DNA of 64,000 nucleotides, taken from contig NZCW01000030.1 of assembly GCA_002688435.1 (NCBI GenBank), forward strand, positions 9,013-73,012, given 5' to 3'. This DNA comes from Dehalococcoidales bacterium (GTDB lineage: Bacteria > Chloroflexota > Dehalococcoidia > Dehalococcoidales > RBG-16-60-22). Both the position numbers and the translations under genes were made by a program. The notes under the pieces were generated by a model that did no database searches, was not told where the DNA came from, and saw only the letters and a program-made list of their open reading frames with translations. Shown one piece after another: positions 1-9,865 of the stretch. Numbering within the stretch: the first letter of the stretch is position 1; each line of letters starts with the position of its first letter.

Positions 1-1557
1 TTCCGCCCGGGCATCGATCTCGGCGCGTATCCCTTCGTCTTTGAGTTCGGCTTCTAGCTTACGGGCATACTCTAGGTGGCGGTCGGCTATTGGAATGATT
101 CTGACTTGGACCGGCGCTAGCCACAGTGGAAAAGCGCCGCCGTAGTGCTCGATGAGTGTGGCCAGGAAGCGTTCCATGCTGCCTAGTACGGTGCGGTGTA
201 CCATGACTACCGTGTGTTCCTGTCCGTCCTCTCCGATATAGGTAACATTAAAGCGCGGCGGCAGGTTAAAGTCAACTTGGATGGTCGGCCCTTGCCAGGC
301 TTTTCCCAGGGCGCTCTCGAACTTGATGTCTATTTTCGGTCCGTAGAAGACACCTTCTCCCGGGTCGATTTCATAGTTGAGTTTAGAGTATTCTAGGGCC
401 CGGCGTAGGGTATCGGTGGCCTCCTCCCAGACCTCGGGAGTGCCGGCGTATTTCTCGGGCCGGGTGGAAAGCAGTAGCTGGTAGTTTTTGAAGTCAAAGA
501 CATCTATCATAAAGAGAGCTAGGTCCAGCACTCCGATTACTTCTGCCTCCAGCTGGTCAAGGCGGCAGAAGATATGGGCATCGTCTTGGGTAAACCCCCT
601 GACCCGGGACAGGCCGTGCAGCACCCCGGAGCGTTCGTAGCGGTAGACAGTGCCCAGCTCGGCGTAGCGTATCGGCAGGTCACGGTAGCTGCGTAGCTTG
701 GTCTGGTAAATTAGAATATGCCCCAGGCAGTTCATCGGTTTTACGATATATTTCTGCCCTTCCACATCTATCGGGCTATATAAATAGCCTAGGTAAAAAT
801 CAAGGTGTCCGCTGGTCTGCCATAGGTCCATGCGGGCGAGGTGGGGGGTATAGACAATCTCATAATCACGTTTCACATGTTCGTCTTTCCAGAAATCCTC
901 GATGGCGCGGCGGATAATCGCTCCTTTGGGATGCCAGAGGACTAGTCCTGGGCCAAATTCATCCCGGATGCTGAACAGGTCAAGCTCTCGACCTAGTTTC
1001 CGGTGGTCCCGCTGGGCGGCTTCCTTAAGCCTTGTCAGGTGCCCGTCCAGAATTGTTAAGGTGTCAAAGGCGACCCCGTATATCCGCTGCAGCATGGGGT
1101 GGTGCTCGTCGCCGCGCCAGTAGGCACCGGCAATACTGACCAGCTTGAAGGCTTTTATCTCTCCGGTGGCGCTGACATGGGGCCCGCGGCACAAATCAAT
1201 GAAAGAGCCCTGCCGGTAGATACTAACCTTATCATCGAGAAGCTCGTCAATCAGTTCCAGCTTGTAGGGCTGGGTGGCGAATAGCTGCCGGGCTTCTTCT
1301 CTGGTGACCTCTTCCCGATTGAAAATCAGATTGGCGGTGATTATTTCTTTCATCTTGTTCTCGATAAGGGGTAAATCATCCGGGGTGAGGGTGCGGGGTA
1401 AATCAAAGTCGTAATAAAAGCCGTCTTCAATTGCCGGGCCGATGCCGAATTTGGTGTTCGGGAAGATAGATAGGACCGCTTCCGCCATGATGTGAGAGGC
1501 GGAATGCCGCATTGTCTCCAGCCTGGCCTCTTTGTTTTTCTCCTTACTTTGCGCCAT
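1..1557 (-). CDS. thrS: Threonyl-tRNA synthetase (5' part; runs off the window edge)
   Basis: Missing from the ORF track. The minus strand from ATG at 1557 reads MAQSKEKNKEARLETMRHSASHIMAEAV...GIGPAIEDGFYYDF, then DLCRGPH, KPMNC, RVRGFTQDDAHIF and MERFLA motifs typical of ThrRS. Confidence 0.97.
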   Translation of the reverse strand, partial: MAQSKEKNKEARLETMRHSASHIMAEAVLSIFPNTKFGIGPAIEDGFYYDFDLPRTLTPDDLPLIENKMKEIITANLIFNREEVTREEARQLFATQPYKLELIDELLDDKVSIYRQGSFIDLCRGPHVSATGEIKAFKLVSIAGAYWRGDEHHPMLQRIYGVAFDTLTILDGHLTRLKEAAQRDHRKLGRELDLFSIRDEFGPGLVLWHPKGAIIRRAIEDFWKDEHVKRDYEIVYTPHLARMDLWQTSGHLDFYLGYLYSPIDVEGQKYIVKPMNCLGHILIYQTKLRSYRDLPIRYAELGTVYRYERSGVLHGLSRVRGFTQDDAHIFCRLDQLEAEVIGVLDLALFMIDVFDFKNYQLLLSTRPEKYAGTPEVWEEATDTLRRALEYSKLNYEIDPGEGVFYGPKIDIKFESALGKAWQGPTIQVDFNLPPRFNVTYIGEDGQEHTVVMVHRTVLGSMERFLATLIEHYGGAFPLWLAPVQVRIIPIADRHLEYARKLEAELKDEGIRAEIDARAE

Positions 1558-1583
1558 TATTAGGTTTCTCCCGGTTGATAATG

Positions 1584-1618
1584 AAAACCTCTCATCCTGT
1601 CCCGGGACGAGAGGTTTT
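1584..1618 (-). terminator. Hairpin in the thrS leader resembling a T-box terminator
   Basis: The minus strand reads AAAACCTCTCGTCCC-GGGACAGGATGAGAGGTTTT, an inverted repeat followed by a T-run and containing CGTCCC. Confidence 0.6.
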
Positions 1619-1644
1619 AATCACCGTGATTAGTCCACAGCCTT

Positions 1645-1707
1645 ATTATACCAGTGACAAACAATGAGTGCAATCGTCTTGCCTTCCGGACGCCCAGGCG
1701 CTATAAT
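1645..1707. promoter_or_regulatory. Divergent sigma70-type promoters for thrS and the MFS gene
   Basis: Minus strand: TTGCAC-17bp-TATAAT (-10 at 1645-1650). Plus strand: TTGCCT(1679)-17bp-TATAAT(1702). Confidence 0.65.
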
Positions 1708-1728
1708 GTTTCCAGTCCGCATGATAAC

Positions 1729-2871
1729 ATGATAAAGAGAGTTTTCCCTATTTTAGCCCTTTCCATCTTCTGTTGTATGCTGGGCTCTGGGATAGTGGTC
1801 CCCCTTTTGCCTCTTTATGCCGAGGGTCTGGGAGCGACCGGATTCGGGCTGGGATTAATCTTTGCCGCGTTTCCCATTTCCCGTACGCTGTTTACGCCTG
1901 TCTTCGGCCGGTTTTCTGACCGCGGTGGTCGGAAGCCGTTCATTGTCGTTGGTCTTTTGACCTATGCTATTATCTCGCCGGTTTTCGTCTGGGCGAATAC
2001 GGTACCACTGTTGGTCCTGACGCGCCTGCTGCACGGCGTATCGGGCAGTATGATTCTACCCATTACTCAGGCCTACGTTGGTGATATTTCCCCCGAGGGC
2101 GAGGAAGGGAAATGGATGGGTTACGCTAACGCCGCCTTTTTCAGCGGTTTTGGCATCGGCCCTTTGATGGGGGGCGTGGTGGCGGAACATCTAGGAATGG
2201 ATATTGCCTTCTTTGCTATGGGTGGTCTCAGTATGCTGGCGTTCTTTATTGCCGCTTTCTTTCTTCCTGAAGTCGGCAGCCATAAATCAGCCGAACGGAT
2301 TCGTCTGTCCTTCAAAGAGATGGGCCGGAGTCGTACGATGACCGGCTTGGTGAGTTTCCGTCTGGCGCTTACCTTGGGCCGGGCCGCCTTTTTCACTTTT
2401 CTACCGGTCTTTGCCGCCCTGAAACTCGGCCTGCGCTCCAACCTTATCGGCGTCCTGGTGGCGGTCTATATGCTGCTTTCCTCGTTACTCGGCATTCCTT
2501 GGGGCCGAATGGCTGACCGGTTTCATCGGAGGCCCTTGGTGGTGGCCGGCTGTCTGGTCAGCTTTGCCTATCTGGCGCTGGTGCCGCCGGCGGATAGTTT
2601 TGGGCAGTTACTGGCGCTGTGCGTTCTGGGGAGTCTCGGCGGCGCCATTTCTATTCCGGCCGCCTCGGCCATAGTGGTGACCGAGGGCCGAAAGTACGGC
2701 ATGGGCTCGGCGATGGCCGTATTTAACGTAGCGATTAGTATCGGCATGGCGGTGGGGCCGATTCTGAGTGGGGTGATAGCCGATTTCGTTGGTATCGACG
2801 CTGTCTTTTACTTCGGGGCGGCGGTCTCCTTGGTGGCGGCCGGCCTGTTTCTCTGGTTTACCCGATCATAA
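1729..2871 (+). CDS. MFS transporter (DHA1/TetA-like)
   Basis: About 12 hydrophobic segments with motif A GRFSDRGGRK and GRMADRFHRR. Start moved to ATG 1729, downstream of the promoter. Confidence 0.9.
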   Translation: MIKRVFPILALSIFCCMLGSGIVVPLLPLYAEGLGATGFGLGLIFAAFPISRTLFTPVFGRFSDRGGRKPFIVVGLLTYAIISPVFVWANTVPLLVLTRLLHGVSGSMILPITQAYVGDISPEGEEGKWMGYANAAFFSGFGIGPLMGGVVAEHLGMDIAFFAMGGLSMLAFFIAAFFLPEVGSHKSAERIRLSFKEMGRSRTMTGLVSFRLALTLGRAAFFTFLPVFAALKLGLRSNLIGVLVAVYMLLSSLLGIPWGRMADRFHRRPLVVAGCLVSFAYLALVPPADSFGQLLALCVLGSLGGAISIPAASAIVVTEGRKYGMGSAMAVFNVAISIGMAVGPILSGVIADFVGIDAVFYFGAAVSLVAAGLFLWFTRS

Positions 2872-2893
2872 GAGCTGACCTGGTAACCCACCT

Positions 2894-3262
2894 TTAGTTG
2901 ACCGTAACTAGGTAAAGGTTACCCTCCTCGCTGTGGGCTTTGACCAGTTCCGAATGCATTAATGGTGTTAGTTGGGCATATATCTCCGCCTCAGACAGGT
3001 TGAAGTGTTGTTTTACCTTTTCTCGGGTCATCTTGCTTGGGCTCTTAATGAACTTATAGACTTTCTTCTGCAGTTCAGTGAGTCCCTCCGTACCCTTTAT
3101 CCCTAGGCTCTCTCTAGTAGGGGTAGCTAAATAGGATGCCCACGATTGGCATTTACCAGCATGCAAGCCGATATCCATGAGGCAATCCTCACAAACTGTC
3201 TGCCCTTGGTGCGTGTAGCGCTTCTCCTCAGAAATCTCACGCCCACACCGACTACATTTCAT
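2894..3262 (-). CDS. Hypothetical protein with N-terminal CxxC/CxxC zinc finger and C-terminal winged-helix-like region
   Basis: MKCSRCGREI...VCEDC, followed by LTELQKKVYKFIK...LTPLMHSELVK. RBS AAGGAAGG precedes ATG 3262. Confidence 0.7.
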   Translation of the reverse strand: MKCSRCGREISEEKRYTHQGQTVCEDCLMDIGLHAGKCQSWASYLATPTRESLGIKGTEGLTELQKKVYKFIKSPSKMTREKVKQHFNLSEAEIYAQLTPLMHSELVKAHSEEGNLYLVTVN

Positions 3263-3304
3263 TATGATCTTCCCTTCCTTCTGCCGAGTGTCCATACTGT
3301 ATCA

Positions 3305-3979
3305 TCAAGGGAGTCGCCAACTCGCCCATTTATCTTTATCTACCTCGCCATTGTAGGCTGATTTGGGGGTTACCCCTCTGGCTATGGCCGCGGCTAGGAT
3401 AGCCTTGGTAATGTCACCGGCAATAAAGGGGATAACTCCCATCATGAGGAGGTTGGTAAAGGCTATTGGTTCTCCTTTCACCAAGTTAATCCAGAGCCCG
3501 AGCTGAAGGACACCGGGGACATAGATCAGAATAAAATTGGCGAAGAGCATGAGTCCGAGCATGCTCAGGAAGCTTCTTGATCTGATATACTTATCGGTGA
3601 AATGGCCTAGGAAAAGGGCGGCTAGAATAAAACCGATAATGTATCCCCCGGTGGGTCCAGCTAGGTGACTCAAGCCGCCGCCCCAGCCGGTAAACCAGGG
3701 TACCCCGGCAATGCCGAGCCCGGCATACATGGTCAGACTTATACCTCCCCACCACCTTCCCAGGATGACACCGGCGAGGAGCACGGCAAAAGTCTGTCCC
3801 GTCACCGGTACCGGGCTCCACGGAATCACGATTCTAATCTGAGCGATGAGACCAGTAAGACAGGCTATGCCTACGGCTAGGGCTAGCTTTTTCGGTAGGC
3901 TTAGCTCATACCTCCATCGGAAGACATCATATTTGTTTCGGTCGACTCTAGCTGCTATTGCCATGTTTACCTCCTTCAT
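3305..3979 (-). CDS. bioY: Biotin transporter BioY
   Basis: PVPVTGQTFAV, GPTGGYIIGF and PFIAGDITK motifs. Confidence 0.93.
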   Translation of the reverse strand: MKEVNMAIAARVDRNKYDVFRWRYELSLPKKLALAVGIACLTGLIAQIRIVIPWSPVPVTGQTFAVLLAGVILGRWWGGISLTMYAGLGIAGVPWFTGWGGGLSHLAGPTGGYIIGFILAALFLGHFTDKYIRSRSFLSMLGLMLFANFILIYVPGVLQLGLWINLVKGEPIAFTNLLMMGVIPFIAGDITKAILAAAIARGVTPKSAYNGEVDKDKWASWRLP

Positions 3980-4046
3980 TCCTTAATGTCAGGTATCTGT
4001 TTAGGATGAGTACATCAGGAGAAAATAGATAAAGTCTCTCGGGGGC

Positions 4047-4075
4047 ATTTTAACAGGTACCAGGTAGATAGTCAA
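4047..4075 (-). promoter_or_regulatory. Sigma70-type promoter of bioY
   Basis: Minus strand TTGACT-17bp-TAAAAT. Confidence 0.55.
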
Positions 4076-4169
4076 TGAGGTGAAACACGAAATAACTGGT
4101 AATCCTATTAAGCGAAGTATTTTGGGTGAGTAATGAAGTCGGGTTCCCCGGGAACTAATCTGTCGGGTC

Positions 4170-4400
4170 TTATTTTGTCGGTTTCTCTGTACCGATAAGG
4201 GCAATTTCTATGTTGCGACCACAGCTTGAGCAGGTTATGCTTAAGGTAACCGGCTGTCTCATTATTCTCTCGGCAACGGCGGTAACCACCGAGTCGATAT
4301 TATCCAAGCGCTGATCCAACATATCCAAACGGCTCTTGATACGTTCAATAGCCTGTGCCGGTTCCTGGTCGGTCAGCTTGGTTTCTTCTTTCTTCGCCAA
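4170..4400 (-). CDS. Small hypothetical protein (coiled coil plus CxxC)
   Basis: 76-aa ORF with heptad-like RLDMLDQRLDNID and TCSSCGRNIEI. Confidence 0.65.
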   Translation of the reverse strand: MAKKEETKLTDQEPAQAIERIKSRLDMLDQRLDNIDSVVTAVAERIMRQPVTLSITCSSCGRNIEIALIGTEKPTK

Positions 4401-4601
4401 GATAGCATTCTCACTAGAAGTAAAGTCAGCCTAATTATACGTTCCGGGCGGAAGTATGTCAAAAGTTGGGTGTGGGCGGATGGAGATTGAGGTCGAAAAA
4501 TAATCTTTCTCTGCCGTATTGATTTGTGCCCACCATAGGGGTATAATTTCAACACGGCAGGATAATCTTATCTTGAATTAACTATCGGAGGAGGGAGTCA
4601 A

Positions 4602-4856
4602 ATGCCTGAGGAAGAAATTGGTAAAGTAAGCGACTTCTTTGCCCATCCCGTGGTCGCCGGAATCGAGATGACCAGTACGCTGAAAGTGGGCGACACCATC
4701 CACGTTAAAGGGCATACCACAGACTTGGAACTTACCATCGGCTCGATGCAGATTGACAACGTGAACGTTAATGAAGCCAAGGCAGGGGATTCCGTTGGCA
4801 TCAAGGTCCCCGACCGGGTAAGGCACGGGGACATCGTCTACAAAGTTACCGTCTGA
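4602..4856 (+). CDS. Small translation-elongation-factor-like beta-barrel protein
   Basis: IGKVSDFF...LKVGDTIHVKGHTTD...GSMQID...AKAGDSVGIKV. Strong RBS GGAGGAGGGAG. Confidence 0.85.
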   Translation: MPEEEIGKVSDFFAHPVVAGIEMTSTLKVGDTIHVKGHTTDLELTIGSMQIDNVNVNEAKAGDSVGIKVPDRVRHGDIVYKVTV

Positions 4857-4940
4857 GCTGGACGGTGATAAACACCGTTTTTGGGGATCAGTCCGTCTCC
4901 TGATCGCCAGCGTGGTCTTAGTGACTGACCCGAGGCCAGT

Positions 4941-5408
4941 CTAGCCGATAGTCTTGACTAGGTTGGCCATTTCGATGGCGCTCACCGCGGCGGTAAAGCC
5001 TTTATTCCCGGCTTTGGTTCCCGACCGTTCCACCGCCTGCTCCAAGGTATCCGTGGTGATAACGCCGTTTATCACTGGCAGGCCGGTATCCAGACCTACT
5101 TTTGCCATCCCCTTGGTGACCTCGGCGGTGATGTACTCAAAATGAGGTGTGCCGCCGCGGATTACCGTTGCTAGGCAGATAATCGCATCATACTTCTGGG
5201 AACGGGCTAATTTCTGGGCAATGAGCGGAATTTCAAATGAGCCTGGTGTCCAGGCAATCTCTATGTCTTCTTCCTTAACTCCGTGGCGGAGTAGAGCGTC
5301 TTGGGCTCCTTCCAGCAGTTTGTTGGTGAAGAACTCGTTGAAACGGGAGACAACCAGCCCGAACTTCAACCCTTCACCGATCAGTTTGCCTTCAAAACGT
5401 TTGCTCAT
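4941..5408 (-). CDS. ribH: 6,7-dimethyl-8-ribityllumazine synthase
   Basis: [22 protein letters not shown] and GNKG motifs. Confidence 0.97.
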   Translation of the reverse strand: MSKRFEGKLIGEGLKFGLVVSRFNEFFTNKLLEGAQDALLRHGVKEEDIEIAWTPGSFEIPLIAQKLARSQKYDAIICLATVIRGGTPHFEYITAEVTKGMAKVGLDTGLPVINGVITTDTLEQAVERSGTKAGNKGFTAAVSAIEMANLVKTIG

Positions 5409-5441
5409 TATTCTCTCCTTGGTCCTTTATTATATCATCCC

Positions 5442-6659
5442 TTAGTTTTCGGTGTTCTTGGGGACTTTCAAGGTGTGCCCCAGTTTTTTCTGTTTGGTTT
5501 CCAGGTAACGGGAATTATACAGGTTGGGCGTGGTGATAATCGGCACTGTTTCCACTACCTTCAGCCCGTAGCTTTCTAGGCCAATGACCTTTTTAGGGTT
5601 GTTGGTGAGCAGGCGGATTTCGCGCAGGCCTAGCTCGGCCAGGATCTGGGCGCCGATGCCGTAGTCCCGCAGGTCCGCCCCGAAGCCTAAAGACAGGTTA
5701 GCTTCTACGGTGTCCAGTCCTTTGTCCTGGAGGGCGTAAGCCCTAATTTTATTGTGGATGCCGATGCCCCGCCCTTCCTGTCTCATATAGAGGAGGACGC
5801 CACGCCCTTCCTCGGTGATACTTTTCATCGCCATGGTAATCTGGTCGCCGCAATCGCAGCGCAGGCTGCTAAAGACTTCACCGGTGAGGCACTGGCTGTG
5901 GACCCGTACCAGGACCGGTTCCTCGGTGGTGATGTCTCCCATTACCAGGGCCAGATGTTCGTCCGGGTTAGTGATACTTTTATAGGCAATGGCAGCAAAT
6001 TCCCCGTAGACCGTGGGTAGCTTGGCCTCGGCTACCCGGTGTATCAGTCTTTCATGGCGGTGACGGTAGGCGATAAGGTCGGCTACGGCCACTATTTTTA
6101 TTTCGAACTGCTCCGCTATTATCTTGAGCTGCGGCAGGCGCGCCATGGTGCCATCTTCATTTAAAAGCTCACAGATAACCCCGGCCGGATAGAGACCGGC
6201 CAGTTTGGCTAGGTCAACGATGGCTTCGGTGTGTCCCGCCCGTGCTAGGGCGCCACCTTCCTTGGCTCGTAGAGGGAACATGTGTCCCGGCTGGACTAAA
6301 TCCTCGGGCTTAGTCGCTGGGTTAACCACCGCCCTTATCGTCTCCGCCCGGTCGGCGGCGGAAATGCCGGTACTTACTCGGTGTTTCGCTTCGATGGACA
6401 CGGTGAAGGCGGTGGTAAATCGGGAAGTATTGTTCTGCACCATCAAGGGAATCTTCAGTTCATCCAAGCGTTGACCGGTGGTGGGCAGGCAGATGAGCCC
6501 CCGGCCGTGTCTGGCCATAAAGTTAATCGCTTCAGCGGTAACTTTCTCTGCCGCCATGGCTAGGTCGCCTTCGTTCTCCCGATCTTCATCATCAACGATA
6601 ATGATGAACTTACCGGCTTCGATGTCTTTAATGGCTTCTGGAATACTGGCGAGAGGCAT
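5442..6659 (-). CDS. ribBA: Bifunctional DHBP synthase / GTP cyclohydrolase II
   Basis: [32 protein letters not shown] and RQEGRGIG motifs. Confidence 0.97.
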   Translation of the reverse strand: MPLASIPEAIKDIEAGKFIIIVDDEDRENEGDLAMAAEKVTAEAINFMARHGRGLICLPTTGQRLDELKIPLMVQNNTSRFTTAFTVSIEAKHRVSTGISAADRAETIRAVVNPATKPEDLVQPGHMFPLRAKEGGALARAGHTEAIVDLAKLAGLYPAGVICELLNEDGTMARLPQLKIIAEQFEIKIVAVADLIAYRHRHERLIHRVAEAKLPTVYGEFAAIAYKSITNPDEHLALVMGDITTEEPVLVRVHSQCLTGEVFSSLRCDCGDQITMAMKSITEEGRGVLLYMRQEGRGIGIHNKIRAYALQDKGLDTVEANLSLGFGADLRDYGIGAQILAELGLREIRLLTNNPKKVIGLESYGLKVVETVPIITTPNLYNSRYLETKQKKLGHTLKVPKNTEN

Positions 6660-6686
6660 ATCTGTCTCTTCTCTTCCCTTAAGAAG

Positions 6687-7316
6687 TTAACCGATCGGAA
6701 AACCGTGCTTCTCTAAAAACTCGGCAGTGATGCCGGGGCTGCGAACCTGACCCAGCTGTGCTACGTATTTGGCTATGATATCCACTTCCAGGTTTACCGG
6801 ATCGCCTACCTGTTGGCTGCCCAGGGTGGTGTGTTTCTGGGTATAGTCTACCACCGATACTCGGAATGAACCATTATCTTTATCGGTAATGGTGAGGCTA
6901 ATCCCGTCCACGGCGATAAACCCTTGCAGCGCGGTAAAGCGCATCACTTCTGGAGGAGCTTCAAACCCAATGAGCATTGTCCCGCCGTCCCAAGTGACCG
7001 AGGCCACTTTCCCGGTATCGTCCGTGTGCCCTTGGACCAGGTGGCCGCCCAGTCGTCCCCCCAGGGCTACCGGTCGTTCCAGGTTGACGCTGTCCCCGAG
7101 GTGGAGCCGTCCGAGGTTAGTCCGCGCCAGTGTTTCCGGCATGACGTTAACGGAAAAAGAACTGGTATTGAAGGTAGTTACCGTCAGGCAGGCCCCGTTG
7201 ATGGCAATGCTGTCGCCGGGCTTGATTTCAGGCATAATATCGCGGGCGGTAATAACCAGGCTACCGGCCGGTATGGAGGTAACTTTTCCTATCTCTTCAA
7301 TAATCCCGGTGAACAT
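6687..7316 (-). CDS. ribE: Riboflavin synthase (alpha chain)
   Basis: MFTGIIEE start, GACLTV, VNLER, GGHLVQGH and VNLEVDIIAKY. Confidence 0.97.
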   Translation of the reverse strand: MFTGIIEEIGKVTSIPAGSLVITARDIMPEIKPGDSIAINGACLTVTTFNTSSFSVNVMPETLARTNLGRLHLGDSVNLERPVALGGRLGGHLVQGHTDDTGKVASVTWDGGTMLIGFEAPPEVMRFTALQGFIAVDGISLTITDKDNGSFRVSVVDYTQKHTTLGSQQVGDPVNLEVDIIAKYVAQLGQVRSPGITAEFLEKHGFPIG

Positions 7317-7572
7317 ACCAGTTCCTTAACATAAAGCCCAAGTTATTGTCATTCTAACACCTCTTTTCTCAAAAGTGCAATATTCAAGATGTTGGGAAAC
7401 CAGAATTCACCTTCGCTTTAGAATATTTGGTGACCTCATCCTTGTCTTTGGTAAAGACTCACCTTCTTATATCGTAGGACTATTCATAGGGAATCACCTT
7501 GTTCTTTTGGAATCTGAGTTTTGCAACAGGCTCTGGTAAGACAGCTACGCGGTGAAATGCTATAATTAGACG

Positions 7573-9756
7573 ATGGACATCTTGGTCGAGCTTAACTCCG
7601 CGCAGCGAGAAGCTGTGGAGGCGATTAGTGGGCCAGTGCTGATTCTGGCCGGGCCGGGCAGCGGCAAGACCAGGGTCATTACTTACCGGGTAGCCTATCT
7701 GATTAAGGTCTGCGAGGTCAGTCCCCGTCACATTATGGCGGTTACCTTTACCAATAAGGCCGCCCGAGAGATGGTGGAGCGGTTGCACCAGCTGGCCCAC
7801 GGCGCGATGGGAGAACTGACCATCGGTACCTTTCATGCCATCTGCGCTCGTATCCTACGCCGGGATGGTAAAGCCATTGGCGTCAATTCTGGATTTGTTA
7901 TCTACGATAGCGATGACCAGATAAGTCTGATAAAGCGGAGTCTGCAGGCGATCGACCTCGACCATAAGCAGTATGTTCCCCGGGCAATACAGTCGGCCAT
8001 TACCGCCGCCAAGAGCTGCTTGTGGACCCCGACCGACTATCGTCAGCATACCCGTAGCTATTTCGAGGAAGTGGCCCAGCGCGTCTACGAGCGCTATCAG
8101 CAGCTCTTAACCGAGAGTAATGCTCTGGACTTTGACGATTTGCTGATGAAGACGGTGCAGTTGTTCCAGCAGAGCCCTGAGGTATTATCCCGATACCAGT
8201 TGTGCTGCCGGTACCTCCAAGTGGATGAGTTCCAGGACACTAACCTGATGCAGTACGAATTGGTGAAGCTGCTCGCCGGAAAGTACCGTAATATCTGCGT
8301 GGTCGGCGACCCCGACCAGTCGATTTACGCCTGGCGGTTCGCCGACCTGCGTAATATCCTTAACTTTGAGAAAGATTATCCCGAGGCTAATATAATCCTG
8401 TTGGAGCAGAACTACCGCTCGACCGGGATGATTCTGGAGGCGGCCAGCCATATTATTTCCGCCAATCGGCAGCGTAAGCCCAAAGGCCTGTGGACCGAGA
8501 ACGAACCAGGGGTACCTGCGACTGTCATTGAGACCTATACCGAGCAAGAGGAAGCCCAGTTCGTGGCGAATGAGGTGGAGCAGCTGGTGAGTCGGGGAGA
8601 GGTCAGGCGGGGCGACTGTGCCATAATGTATCGCACTAATGCGCAGTCGAGAATCATTGAGGAGACCTTTCTCCGTTACGGAGTTCCCTATAAACTGGTG
8701 TCCGGCACCCGCTTCTACGAGCGGCGGGAAGTCAAGGATGTTCTGGGCTACCTGCGTCTCATCCAGAACCCCAGCGACAGTGTTAGCCTGCGGCGTATCA
8801 TTAATGTCCCCCCGCGCGGCATTGGGCAGCGGACGTTGGGCGAGCTGGCCCGGTGGGCCAGCTCGCGAGGAGTCCCGGAGTATCAGGCGCTGTCGGTGCT
8901 CGTTGGGCAGGAAAGGGCAGACATTATGCTTCAGTCGCCTTTCCGCTCTCGTATTGCCCAGTCGTTAACCGGTTTTGTGAAAATGATGGAGGGGTTTTTG
9001 GTCCGTAGTCAAGAGCTGGACTTGGTTGATTTGTTCGATCTGGTGGTGAAGAGTTCCGGTTATCGGGAATATATCCTGGGTGAGGTGGGTGGCGAGGAAC
9101 GTTGGGAGAATATCTTGGAGTTGCGTACCGTCGTTCGAGAATACCGTGACCTGAGACTGGATGAAGGTCTTACCGCTTTTCTGGAAGAGGCGGCCCTAGT
9201 ATCGGATATTGACGGCTATGAGGAAGGTACGGATACGGCGACCCTGATTACCTTGCACCAAGCCAAAGGGCTAGAATTCCCGATAGTGTTTATCGTCGGT
9301 ATGGAGGAAGGTGTCCTGCCCCATTTCCGGTCATTCGACGACCCGGACCAGATGGAGGAAGAGCGTCGACTGTGCTACGTTGGGGTGACCCGGGCCAAGC
9401 AGCGGGTCTATCTGGTGCGGGCTTTTCGCCGCAGCCTGATGGGGAGCAGCCGGATGAACAGCCCGTCACGTTTTCTGCGGGATATACCGTCGCACTTGGT
9501 TACCGGCGGCGATTTATGGTCGGGAGAAGACCGCCAGGTCGCCGACGCGGTATATGCCTGGAACCGACCTCCGACGGAGGCAACGGTGGTTCCCGAGCTA
9601 AAGGCCGGTGACCACGTCTGGCATGCTCAGTTCGGCGATGGCGTGGTGAAGAGCTGCCGGCCGGTAAAAGATGACGCCGAGGCAGTGGTGGCTTTTGACG
9701 GAGCGGGGGAGAAAAGACTGCTGTTGAGTTTCGCTAATCTGGAGAGGGTGGAATAA
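7573..9756 (+). CDS. pcrA: ATP-dependent DNA helicase PcrA/UvrD
   Basis: AGPGSGKT, VDEFQDTN, VGDPDQSIY, TLHQAKGLEF and EEERRLCYVGVTRA, plus a C-terminal Tudor-like domain. Confidence 0.96.
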   Translation: MDILVELNSAQREAVEAISGPVLILAGPGSGKTRVITYRVAYLIKVCEVSPRHIMAVTFTNKAAREMVERLHQLAHGAMGELTIGTFHAICARILRRDGKAIGVNSGFVIYDSDDQISLIKRSLQAIDLDHKQYVPRAIQSAITAAKSCLWTPTDYRQHTRSYFEEVAQRVYERYQQLLTESNALDFDDLLMKTVQLFQQSPEVLSRYQLCCRYLQVDEFQDTNLMQYELVKLLAGKYRNICVVGDPDQSIYAWRFADLRNILNFEKDYPEANIILLEQNYRSTGMILEAASHIISANRQRKPKGLWTENEPGVPATVIETYTEQEEAQFVANEVEQLVSRGEVRRGDCAIMYRTNAQSRIIEETFLRYGVPYKLVSGTRFYERREVKDVLGYLRLIQNPSDSVSLRRIINVPPRGIGQRTLGELARWASSRGVPEYQALSVLVGQERADIMLQSPFRSRIAQSLTGFVKMMEGFLVRSQELDLVDLFDLVVKSSGYREYILGEVGGEERWENILELRTVVREYRDLRLDEGLTAFLEEAALVSDIDGYEEGTDTATLITLHQAKGLEFPIVFIVGMEEGVLPHFRSFDDPDQMEEERRLCYVGVTRAKQRVYLVRAFRRSLMGSSRMNSPSRFLRDIPSHLVTGGDLWSGEDRQVADAVYAWNRPPTEATVVPELKAGDHVWHAQFGDGVVKSCRPVKDDAEAVVAFDGAGEKRLLLSFANLERVE

Positions 9757-9865
9757 ATTACATGAGTCGAGGAAGGATTAGAGGAGAAAGGCCTAAAAAT
9801 TAGTAGGAAGAAAGTAGTAAAAATCACGGATTAACCCTTGACATTGTAAAATACCGGTTAAGATT

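Noticed and set aside
196-1284. Short plus-strand ORFs
   Set aside because: They lie antisense to thrS, which occupies 1-1557 on the minus strand.
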